54,272 nt of DNA from a virus (lineage: Duplodnaviria > Caudoviricetes), in the IMG/VR virus record IMGVR_UViG_3300037502_000299, positions 1 to 54,272 of that record. One strand, 5' to 3'. Both the position numbers and the translations under genes were made by a program. Below are positions 47,332-54,272 of this stretch, piece by piece. The notes beneath the pieces are model-generated. The model had not been told where the DNA came from. It searched no databases and worked only from the letters and a program-made list of their open reading frames with translations. Within the stretch, counting starts at the first letter, position 1. Each line of letters opens with the position of its first letter.

Positions 47332-48893
47332 GTTTCTATTTCCTCTCTATAAAGATCAACTAATTTACTATGCATATCTACTTTGTTTTGTAGCATATCA
47401 TACATTCTCCTTTCAATATCTGAACCTTGTAAATGAACTACTGTCATTTTATTTTTCTGACCAACTCTATCCATACGGGCAATACATTGTAGATATGTTT
47501 CGACTGATAACACTGGAGACCAAAACACTACTGTGTCTGCCGCAGTAAGAGTTACACCATGCGATGCCGCTTGAGGTTGAATAACTAATACACGAGGGTC
47601 ATACATGTTTTGAAATCTAGATATAATTGCAGAGCGTTCGGTAGCCGATACTTGTCCGTTAATTATTTCATTAGTGATGCCATGTGCATCAAGATACTTA
47701 GATACTACTTGAATGGTATGTCTATATGGCACGAAAATAATTGTTTTGTTTTCTGTCTCGTCTAGCACCTCTTGTAATGCATTTAGACGTGGACTAATAT
47801 CAAATTCAATAACATCTTTATTATCCGTATACACTGCCCCACCAGAAATTTGTAGTAGTTTGTTAAGGTTAGCCGCCGCGTTAACCGCAGTTACTTGTTC
47901 TCCAGCCGCACTGATTAGCCATTCTTTTTTTAATTCACTATAATATTTATGCACTTGGGCTGTTAGTGGAACTTCTCTTGTCTGATACATAACGTCGGGT
48001 AAGTCAAGACAATCTTTTTTAGCATATCGTATAGCAGGTTTTAATGCTTTAAATACTTCATCTTTTGCGTTCGTCTTTGGTAGCCACTTAAATCTAGATA
48101 CTTGATACATAACTTTATCTCGCCATCCTGCCGTCACCTTAGGAACTCTTTGAGGACACACTAATCTAGCTAATCCATATGCATCTACTGGGGACTGTGA
48201 AGCTGGGGTTCCTGTTAACATCCATAATCTAGTTGATGGTTTTAATATTTTAGCTAAAGTTTTCCATCGGGAAGTTGTAATAGTTTTATAAGCATTAGCT
48301 TCGTCTATTACAATTAAATCAAACTCGGCTTTAGATATAGCATCTCTGACTACATTTACGCCATCATAATTTATGATTACAAATTCATATTCACCATTAA
48401 TTATTTTTGTTCTTTTCTCTGCGGTGCCATGTGCTACTGCTACAGTTCTATGCATGCAAGTATTAAAGACATCGCCTTGCCATGCTGAATACATAATAGA
48501 TAAAGGACATATGATAAGAACACGTTTTATTTTGCCTTGCTTCATAAGATAATCAGCCGCCCAAAGTACTGACGAGGTTTTGCCTGTGCCTGCTTCATTA
48601 AAACAAAAAGCACGATGATTAATTGATAAGAATTCGGAAGTTACACGTTGATGGTCGAAAGGTTCATATAACCCTGGCCAATTATAATCTCTTGTGATAG
48701 GGGACGGTAAATTGTTTCTAAATGATACTAGTTGGTTTAGCCGAGTCATTTCATCCAGCCCCCAGTATACTAGCACTTCGGAGAGATTGCCTCTCTGTTC
48801 TAATACTTCGCTTTTTTCTATGTTATTAATTATGCTATCTACTATGTGAGTAGGAGCAACAAATTTTACTGCTGAATTTTCTATAATTTCCAT
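47328..48893 (-). CDS. SNF2-family (SF2) helicase
   Basis: EAGTGKT, IVIDEA, LTGTP, HGVTLT and QCIARMDRVGQ motifs. Confidence 0.9.
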   Translation of the reverse strand: MEIIENSAVKFVAPTHIVDSIINNIEKSEVLEQRGNLSEVLVYWGLDEMTRLNQLVSFRNNLPSPITRDYNWPGLYEPFDHQRVTSEFLSINHRAFCFNEAGTGKTSSVLWAADYLMKQGKIKRVLIICPLSIMYSAWQGDVFNTCMHRTVAVAHGTAEKRTKIINGEYEFVIINYDGVNVVRDAISKAEFDLIVIDEANAYKTITTSRWKTLAKILKPSTRLWMLTGTPASQSPVDAYGLARLVCPQRVPKVTAGWRDKVMYQVSRFKWLPKTNAKDEVFKALKPAIRYAKKDCLDLPDVMYQTREVPLTAQVHKYYSELKKEWLISAAGEQVTAVNAAANLNKLLQISGGAVYTDNKDVIEFDISPRLNALQEVLDETENKTIIFVPYRHTIQVVSKYLDAHGITNEIINGQVSATERSAIISRFQNMYDPRVLVIQPQAASHGVTLTAADTVVFWSPVLSVETYLQCIARMDRVGQKNKMTVVHLQGSDIERRMYDMLQNKVDMHSKLVDLYREEIET

Positions 48894-48944
48894 ACTATCC
48901 TTTAACTAAGTCTCACCGAGACTTCTAAATATTACTAACTGACT

Positions 48945-48972
48945 AGTCTACTACACTAAACTTATATGTCAA
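48945..48972 (-). promoter_or_regulatory. Sigma70 promoter upstream of the helicase operon
   Basis: Minus-strand TTGACA (48972-48967), 16 nt, TAGACT (48950-48945); downstream inverted repeat at 48908-48924. Confidence 0.6.
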
Positions 48973-48975
48973 GTA

Positions 48976-49287
48976 TTATTTTTTACGTTCTTTTTTACTA
49001 ACTTCGGAAATTAAATTACCTTGAGAATCTCTTTTGAATGAACGGTTTTTAGACGCACTTTGAATACGTAATCCGTTCTTATTTGAACCGCCTTTGTCAA
49101 GTGCTTTTACATGAGCAACGTCTTTACCTTCTCGCATATCAGCCTTGCCATTACCATTTAAATCCTTACCTTTTTTATCGATAGAACGACGACCACGCTG
49201 ACGTTCCATACGACGTTCGTGTTCACCACGAGCTTTTTGTTGCTCGTATTCTTTCTTATAGGGTCTTGGTTTATTAACGTAAGGCAT
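48976..49287 (-). CDS. Small HNH-like protein
   Basis: GKDVAHVKALDKGGSN..SKNRS beta-beta-alpha pattern. Confidence 0.65.
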   Translation of the reverse strand: MPYVNKPRPYKKEYEQQKARGEHERRMERQRGRRSIDKKGKDLNGNGKADMREGKDVAHVKALDKGGSNKNGLRIQSASKNRSFKRDSQGNLISEVSKKERKK

Positions 49288-49293
49288 GGCTAT

Positions 49294-49299
49294 ATTATA
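49294..49299 (-). promoter_or_regulatory. -10 box for probable leaderless transcription
   Basis: TATAAT 6 nt upstream of ATG 49287. Confidence 0.4.
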
Positions 49300-49301
49300 T
49301 C

Positions 49302-49961
49302 TTAAGTCTTATTAAAATCACAGCTTTTTACAGGACAGTATCCACATAGAGGGGTAGGGTTTGGTTGCCATGTATTTGAAATATATGAGTTATCTAATCT
49401 TAAAAGTGTTCCTAAAAACTGCCCCCAATACTTGTCTATGTCTTGTCGTTTATATTCTTCGGGGATAAATTGGTTATGAGCTAAGAATAATAATCCTGCT
49501 TTAACTTTATTTATCTGCGGAAAATGGGCAAACGTCATTAGTGCCATAAGTTTTAATTGTTTAGGGTCGGGATACTTATTACTTCCCGTTTTATAATCTA
49601 CAATAAATGCAGTGTCACCATCAATAATAAGTAAGTCACAAATACCACGCACCCAACGGTCAGAACTCTCAAACTCGCAAGGCGTTTTTTCTTTTGTAAG
49701 TGCCATTTCATGTTCACAATATTTTTCTCCTGGAATTGCGATTAAATTATCTACTAACTCTTTATATCGCTCATAATTTTTAGCTAGTGCAGTATTACTT
49801 CTTACATAATCTTCGAGTGCTTTATGCACCTCTTTACCATATATAGTTTGTGGAGTGTCTTGAGAAATGTAGTTTTTAGCTACTCGAATTTCGTAGTATT
49901 TTTTAGGACAGTTTTGATATTCTTTAAGGGAAGAATAAGACCATGTAAAATCACTCATCAA
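49302..49961 (-). CDS. PD-(D/E)XK Cas4-like/RecB-type exonuclease
   Basis: SYSS..CP, RGICDL, IVDYKTG, QL, C-terminal CGYC..C (four-Cys arrangement). Confidence 0.88.
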   Translation of the reverse strand: MMSDFTWSYSSLKEYQNCPKKYYEIRVAKNYISQDTPQTIYGKEVHKALEDYVRSNTALAKNYERYKELVDNLIAIPGEKYCEHEMALTKEKTPCEFESSDRWVRGICDLLIIDGDTAFIVDYKTGSNKYPDPKQLKLMALMTFAHFPQINKVKAGLLFLAHNQFIPEEYKRQDIDKYWGQFLGTLLRLDNSYISNTWQPNPTPLCGYCPVKSCDFNKT

Positions 49962-50472
49962 TAAATTTGTTACTCTTTCTGTTGTTTAAACTACCTTGTA
50001 TAACTTGTAGATTTTCGGGAACATGTAACCCCGATACGTTTTTACCCTGTAATGGAATAATATGGTCAACATGCCACTGAATACCTGTTACTTTAGTTAA
50101 AGATGATGCCAACACATACATAGCCTTTATTTGTAATTTATTTTCTTCAGTTAACCATATAGGTAATCTTTGTTTTCTTACAGTATATCTTTTATTAGTA
50201 TGAAAATTTATTATACCTTTATTTCTACTTCGCCATTCTTTATCTCTAGCATACTTTTTTTCTTTTATCTTTTCAAAATTTTGATGATACCAAGCTAAAG
50301 TTCTAGCATTTTCTTTGTCTTTATTATTTTCTCTATATTTTTTACTATATTCCCTATTATATGCGTTTCTTTTAGCTTTATTTTTTTCTCTGTATTCTTT
50401 AAATGCTTTTTTATGTTCTTGATAATAACGTTTTCCAGCTTCTTTTTTATCTTCAGAGTTACTGTAAGGCAT
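49951..50472 (-). CDS. Free-standing HNH homing endonuclease
   Basis: HVDHIIPLQG..VSGLHVPENLQ..N.RKSN; basic helical N-terminus. Confidence 0.85.
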   Translation of the reverse strand: MPYSNSEDKKEAGKRYYQEHKKAFKEYREKNKAKRNAYNREYSKKYRENNKDKENARTLAWYHQNFEKIKEKKYARDKEWRSRNKGIINFHTNKRYTVRKQRLPIWLTEENKLQIKAMYVLASSLTKVTGIQWHVDHIIPLQGKNVSGLHVPENLQVIQGSLNNRKSNKFIDE

Positions 50473-50474
50473 TA

Positions 50475-50732
50475 TTAATCTTTCTTTTGCACTTCGCCTG
50501 TCGATTTATTTAATTCGTATTCTGCTAATGCTTTATATATTTCCTCATCCTCTTTGATACTTTCTTCTAAGGCTTTTACAACCTCAGGATTCTCTAACAT
50601 TTTCTCTACCATTTCTTCATGAGGTATAGGTTTTTTCTTTCTAAATATAGCATCAAAGTTTTTTTCAAACATTTCACTATTAGGTTTAGATTGTATCCAA
50701 TCTCCAGTCACATCATTTTTAGCAGTCGCCAT
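50475..50732 (-). CDS. Hypothetical protein; start at ATG 50732
   Basis: MATAKNDVTGD..NFDAIFRKK; GGAG upstream; overlaps end of polA. Confidence 0.6.
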   Translation of the reverse strand: MATAKNDVTGDWIQSKPNSEMFEKNFDAIFRKKKPIPHEEMVEKMLENPEVVKALEESIKEDEEIYKALAEYELNKSTGEVQKKD

Positions 50733-52587
50733 AACTTTCTCCATATTTAGCTTCACATGCAACGGGTAGTCCTTCCGCCCATGTAGGTGGTGTTGACATT
50801 ATATCAGTAATAAATTTCATAGCGGTATCTATTTCTTCTTTAGAAACAACATTAACTATAGCATCATGCACGGTTAAAACGGGTCTATACTTTTCACTTA
50901 TATGTAGCATTTGTTCGCCTACAATAATTCTAGCCAATGCCTGCACTACGTTTTCGACTACCGAACCGCCCCATATAGTGATGTCACCTCTTCTAGACTT
51001 ATAAACAAACTTAGTCTTACCATCTATTTTTTCTTGCCGTAAGTTCGGATAATAAATGTATAGTCCATTTGGTAGTTTAATCCCGGCTGCGGAAACTTCT
51101 AAACATTTATGTCGTCCAAGATAATATGGCTTCATAGTAGGTGACCAATTAGCCATATCTTTTAATGCTTTATCACATTCTTCCCATAATTTAATTACTT
51201 TATCATTAACTTCACGATAAACCTTAACAAGTCTTTGGCATTCTAAGTCATCTAATACTGCACATGGCGGTTGAGTCTTTAATGTATGTTGTAGCTTTGC
51301 CCACCCTGTCCCATACCCTAGACCTAACGTGCATGTCTTACCAACGAATCGTTCAGTTGCATCAGCTTTAGTAATAGTCCTACCGTATACCTTTGAAGCG
51401 AATTCGGAATACACATCTCGACCATCTTTATACCACTCTACTATATCGTCTTGTCCTGCTAACCATACAAGAACCCTAGCTTCAATTTGTGATGAGTCAC
51501 AGTTAATAACTAATGAGCCTCTTGGTGCTATAACTGCATTTTTAAGGGCTTTCTTTTTCATATCTCGTGAGGGTAAATTTTGAAAGTTTACTTTGTCTGA
51601 GCCTGCCCATCGCCCTGTGTGAGCGCCATAATACTTAAGTGGGATAGGTAATTTGCCTTTGTTACGAGAGCCAATATCTAAGAATCTTTTAATCCTTGAC
51701 TCTTCTATGGTTGATTTAGTGCCTAGACGAACAGCACATAGTTCTTGTATGAATGGGTCTTCATGTTCAGTTAATGCAATAAAGCCTTCATCATTTTTAG
51801 CTAACGCAAATGTTTCTTTGTCTGTCGCTGGAGATATTTTTAACGGAACCTCAACATTATGTTCTTCTAATAGTTCCGCAAATTGTTTATTAGATGCTAA
51901 CTTTTTACGAACGCACTCTTCATCTTCGCATTCAAGCCTAACCATTAAATTGCCTAGCAACTCTTTCTTTTCCGTCTCGACCTCATCTAGTCTATCAGAT
52001 AACAAAGCATCATCAAGACACAATACAGGCTCCATATACATACGAAGTGTTAAGTCTATTAATTTTAGTTCATTTGTAGGAAAGTTTTGGGATAGTATAT
52101 TATATAATTTATAGGTAAGTTCAACATCGTTCTTACAATACTCACCGTATTTTTCTAGTTCGTCTTTGGTAAACTCTTGTAACCGTTTACCTTTAGCATT
52201 TATTACTTCAGTGCCTTTTTTACCTAGATTATACCGTTCAACAAGATACGCAAGAGAGCCACCCACATCCACACCATGCTTAGCACGAGCCATGCCAAGA
52301 GTATCAAGATAAATAGCTGGAATAATGTTGAAAATAAACGAGAGAATAGCCCCATCGAATTGTGTATTATGGCAAAGTAAGATGGCTTCGTTCCAATCAA
52401 TCTCCACAAGTCTACTTTTAATATAGTTATGTGTGCCTGTAATCCATTTAGTTTCTTGGTCGTCAATCTTAATACCCACTCCAATAACTTGAAATCTTTC
52501 ATCGCGTATGTATTCCTCTGTGGTTAAATTAGATAGACTAAATCCAGTATCGTAGAATGTTTCAAAATCTAGTGTGATAAATTTCAT
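50719..52587 (-). CDS. polA: Family A DNA polymerase with 3'-5' exonuclease; start moved to ATG 52587
   Basis: ExoI LDFET, HNTQFD, YCKND; HTGRW; motif A DSSQIEAR; motif B K..TLGLGYG; motif C VHDA. Confidence 0.93.
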   Translation of the reverse strand: MKFITLDFETFYDTGFSLSNLTTEEYIRDERFQVIGVGIKIDDQETKWITGTHNYIKSRLVEIDWNEAILLCHNTQFDGAILSFIFNIIPAIYLDTLGMARAKHGVDVGGSLAYLVERYNLGKKGTEVINAKGKRLQEFTKDELEKYGEYCKNDVELTYKLYNILSQNFPTNELKLIDLTLRMYMEPVLCLDDALLSDRLDEVETEKKELLGNLMVRLECEDEECVRKKLASNKQFAELLEEHNVEVPLKISPATDKETFALAKNDEGFIALTEHEDPFIQELCAVRLGTKSTIEESRIKRFLDIGSRNKGKLPIPLKYYGAHTGRWAGSDKVNFQNLPSRDMKKKALKNAVIAPRGSLVINCDSSQIEARVLVWLAGQDDIVEWYKDGRDVYSEFASKVYGRTITKADATERFVGKTCTLGLGYGTGWAKLQHTLKTQPPCAVLDDLECQRLVKVYREVNDKVIKLWEECDKALKDMANWSPTMKPYYLGRHKCLEVSAAGIKLPNGLYIYYPNLRQEKIDGKTKFVYKSRRGDITIWGGSVVENVVQALARIIVGEQMLHISEKYRPVLTVHDAIVNVVSKEEIDTAMKFITDIMSTPPTWAEGLPVACEAKYGESYGDC

Positions 52588-52603
52588 ATTGACCTTAATT
52601 AGT

Positions 52604-52693
52604 GCTATCTTATGCAAACGACAGATAGCGGTGCCGTCCTAACTTATGACTAGGATGTATGAGTAAACCTAGTCATCTCACTTGCATTGTGAG
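52604..52693 (-). ncRNA. Candidate multi-pseudoknot structured RNA in the polA leader
   Basis: Three perfect stems plus loop-loop complementarity ATGCAA/TTGCAT and ACGGC/GTCGT. Confidence 0.5.
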
Positions 52694-52703
52694 GGATGTT
52701 TGG

Positions 52704-52778
52704 TGGGCTACTAGCGGTTTATATAAGTGCAAAAATACCATCACGAATTTAAACATATAAATAAAGTGCTTTCGCCCA
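52704..52778 (-). ncRNA. Candidate RNA with loop-E/bulged-G motif
   Basis: UGGGC-GAA-AGC ... GCU-AGUA-GCCCA with inner UUUAUAU/AUAUAAA stem. Confidence 0.45.
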
Positions 52779-52784
52779 TAACTC

Positions 52785-53024
52785 TTAGAGTGTTGATAAT
52801 AATAACAAAACAATTACCACTATGGCAAACATTATTTTTTCGTTTCGTTTTTCATATTTATCTGTATGGTCGGGTTTGTAACTTCCACCCCATGCTTCTT
52901 TTGCACTGCGTGGTGTAGAAGTATCTATACTGTCAGGCTGAAAAAATCTCCAACCTTTTTTTGCGTTCTTAGCAAATATTTTAATTTGCCAGTCTTCTAA
53001 GCTTTGTAAATTTGTGTGTTTCAC
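52785..53024 (-). CDS. Small protein with C-terminal TM helix; probable GTG start at 53024
   Basis: AGGAG precedes GTG 53024; ends IMFAIVVIVLLLLSTL. Confidence 0.6.
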   Translation of the reverse strand: MKHTNLQSLEDWQIKIFAKNAKKGWRFFQPDSIDTSTPRSAKEAWGGSYKPDHTDKYEKRNEKIMFAIVVIVLLLLSTL

Positions 53025-53046
53025 AATTTTTCTCCTCTTAGGTTTA

Positions 53047-53241
53047 TTATTTTGCGTATTTCTCAAATTCATTACGGCACTCGGTAGAACACCAACGGCG
53101 GTCATCTTTGACTGGGTCTTCACACCATATACATTTCCCTGTTTGATTAGAAGGTTTTTTGATTTTATCTTTGGCATTTCTTACCCCCATGTCAATCATG
53201 TGTTGCATTAAATCATTGGCTACGTCAGCATCATCACTCAT
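53047..53241 (-). CDS. TraR/DksA-like C4 zinc-finger protein
   Basis: N-terminal MSDDADVA (compare F TraR MSDEADEA) and CIWC..WCSTEC. Confidence 0.6.
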   Translation of the reverse strand: MSDDADVANDLMQHMIDMGVRNAKDKIKKPSNQTGKCIWCEDPVKDDRRWCSTECRNEFEKYAK

Positions 53242-53243
53242 AT

Positions 53244-53510
53244 TTATTTATGCCTTCTTGCTCCTCTTGAGTTTACTTTGGAAGTCATATAGGTAGGCAC
53301 TTGAATTGCGTCTTTCTTTTTTAGTTTATAAAATTGATGTTTAGTAATTCCAAAATAATCTAGCACATCTTGTCGCACTAACGGTTTCTTTTCTTCAAAA
53401 TATTGGTTGATTTTTTTGGCAAGTTCTGCTTCTTCTACGGACAATATTCTTTCTTGTTCTAATCTAGAATGGTGCTGAGCCGTATAATTTAGTAAATTCA
53501 TCATAGTCAA
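53244..53510 (-). CDS. Hypothetical protein, possible HTH
   Basis: RQDVLDYFGITKHQFYKL resembles an HTH; exact start uncertain. Confidence 0.5.
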   Translation of the reverse strand: MTMMNLLNYTAQHHSRLEQERILSVEEAELAKKINQYFEEKKPLVRQDVLDYFGITKHQFYKLKKKDAIQVPTYMTSKVNSRGARRHK

Positions 53511-53655
53511 ATTCTTTCATAATTTCTTTAGGTAGTTTTATTACTTTAGCATGCGGGTTGTTATCTGTAAACCATTTTGCTTCCTTGACAGACCATCTAT
53601 GTTTGCGTATGACTTCACCTTCATCATCTACGATTGCATAACTAAATGGAATCAT
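53464..53655 (-). CDS. Hypothetical protein
   Basis: ATGA-coupled to the upstream small ORF. Confidence 0.6.
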   Translation of the reverse strand: MIPFSYAIVDDEGEVIRKHRWSVKEAKWFTDNNPHAKVIKLPKEIMKEFDYDEFTKLYGSAPF

Positions 53656-53783
53656 TTCTTTTGTTCTTCCTGCGTTTGTTCTACTTTAGGTTTATCCAAT
53701 TCAAAATCTCTTTTAAGGTTATCTTTATGCACACCAAACCATACGGCTATGTAAATCGCAGTTAGAATTGCTATTGCATCCAT
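53652..53783 (-). CDS. 43-aa membrane-anchored protein (not in ORF track)
   Basis: MDAIAILTAIYIAVWFGVHKDNLKRDFELDKPKVEQTQEEQKK*; AGGAG upstream; fills the gap between neighbours exactly. Confidence 0.65.
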   Translation of the reverse strand: MDAIAILTAIYIAVWFGVHKDNLKRDFELDKPKVEQTQEEQKK

Positions 53784-53784
53784 G

Positions 53785-53991
53785 TTAAAAACTCCTTTGT
53801 TCAAAACATTCTAAGTGTGACTTCACATAAAAGTTAGGTCTAATTTCTTCATATAATTCACCTTGTATACATTTTAAATTCATACTGTATTTCTTTTGCA
53901 CATGAATGGATTGCATCACTGCCCATGTTAAACAGCACCCAATAATAAATCCTACTACTGCAAATCCTGTGCCTTCATATTTATTATTCAT
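53785..53991 (-). CDS. Small membrane protein
   Basis: N-terminal TM GFAVVGFIIGCCLTWAVM; TAATG coupling; AGGAG RBS. Confidence 0.6.
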   Translation of the reverse strand: MNNKYEGTGFAVVGFIIGCCLTWAVMQSIHVQKKYSMNLKCIQGELYEEIRPNFYVKSHLECFEQRSF

Positions 53992-54230
53992 TACACTCTC
54001 CTTGTTAAATAAGTTCTACTTACTCGACACATCTTATTACCTTTAATTACATTAATTACATTACATTTAATCGTTGGTTTATTTTGCGATATTAGATATT
54101 GTTCACCTACTACTTGCACGCCCGCTTGAGTGGCTACACTTGTAGCAAGGGATACACACCCTAAATTAATGACCAATGTTAGCATCAATAAGACGCTTGG
54201 TAGCTTCTTTATAACTTTTAACGCCGTCAT
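53991..54230 (-). CDS. Possible lipoprotein
   Basis: Basic N-terminus, hydrophobic stretch and NLGC lipobox-like motif; start uncertain. Confidence 0.45.
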   Translation of the reverse strand: MTALKVIKKLPSVLLMLTLVINLGCVSLATSVATQAGVQVVGEQYLISQNKPTIKCNVINVIKGNKMCRVSRTYLTRRV

Positions 54231-54270
54231 GTTTTTCAGCTTTCTCTTCACATTTATATAAAGGGGTTAA
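54166..54270 (-). CDS. 3' end of a gene truncated by the window edge
   Basis: Open frame ..LTPLYKCEEKAEKHDGVKSYKEATKRLIDANIGH* running from the window end. Confidence 0.4.
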   Translation of the reverse strand, partial: LTPLYKCEEKAEKHDGVKSYKEATKRLIDANIGH

Positions 54271-54272
54271 GA

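Noticed and set aside
49302-49961. Cas4-like gene as evidence of a CRISPR-Cas system
   Set aside because: No repeat-spacer array or other cas genes seen; such nucleases are routine in phage replication modules
47069-52114. Plus-strand ORFs 47069..47548, 47713..47943, 51329..51583 and 51653..52114
   Set aside because: Antisense to well-supported replication genes, with no RBS or recognisable motifs
52588-52617. PolA start at 52617
   Set aside because: Lies within the structured leader; MKFITLDFET at 52587 has AAGG upstream and begins at the ExoI strand
53025-53177. N-terminal 51 codons of ORF 52785..53177
   Set aside because: Overlaps the TraR-like gene in another frame; GTG 53024 has a proper AGGAG RBS
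1-54272. tRNA genes, integrase/att sites, introns or inteins, alternative genetic code
   Set aside because: No cloverleaf or recombinase motifs recognised by eye; TerL, PolA and helicase are uninterrupted; long ORFs are intact under the standard code. tRNAscan was not run

Overview
This window is most of the genome of an AT-rich tailed dsDNA bacteriophage with podovirus-like organisation. It has a large portal, tail-stabilisation and ejection-type proteins, and no recognisable tape measure or sheath. The + strand (536-42540) carries packaging genes (TerS, TerL, portal), head genes (GroES-like co-chaperonin, scaffold, major capsid), a cluster of small Lys/Gly-rich proteins, neck, tail and fibre genes with a paralogous Gly-rich cassette, lysis genes, ejection proteins and a 2345-aa polyvalent protein. 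The - strand (42511-54272) carries a replication module (primase-helicase, HTH, SSB-like, SNF2 helicase, Cas4-like exonuclease, HNH, PolA) and small early genes; the window ends mid-gene. The top hit is absent from the ORF track: a 23-codon pqqA gene (PQQ precursor peptide [23 protein letters not shown], 9022-9093). It sits in a terminator-bounded, moron-like cassette just after the capsid gene, which points to a methylotrophic Methylophilaceae-type host and possible phage boosting of PQQ-dependent methanol oxidation. Also notable: three candidate structured RNAs (9193-9260, 52604-52693, 52704-52778), a double-glycine motif shared by many putative head/ejection proteins, a TraR-like factor, a Leu762-type PolA, and an unannotated gene that probably starts at CTG. 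All calls come from motif recognition by eye; no database searches or folding computations were run.
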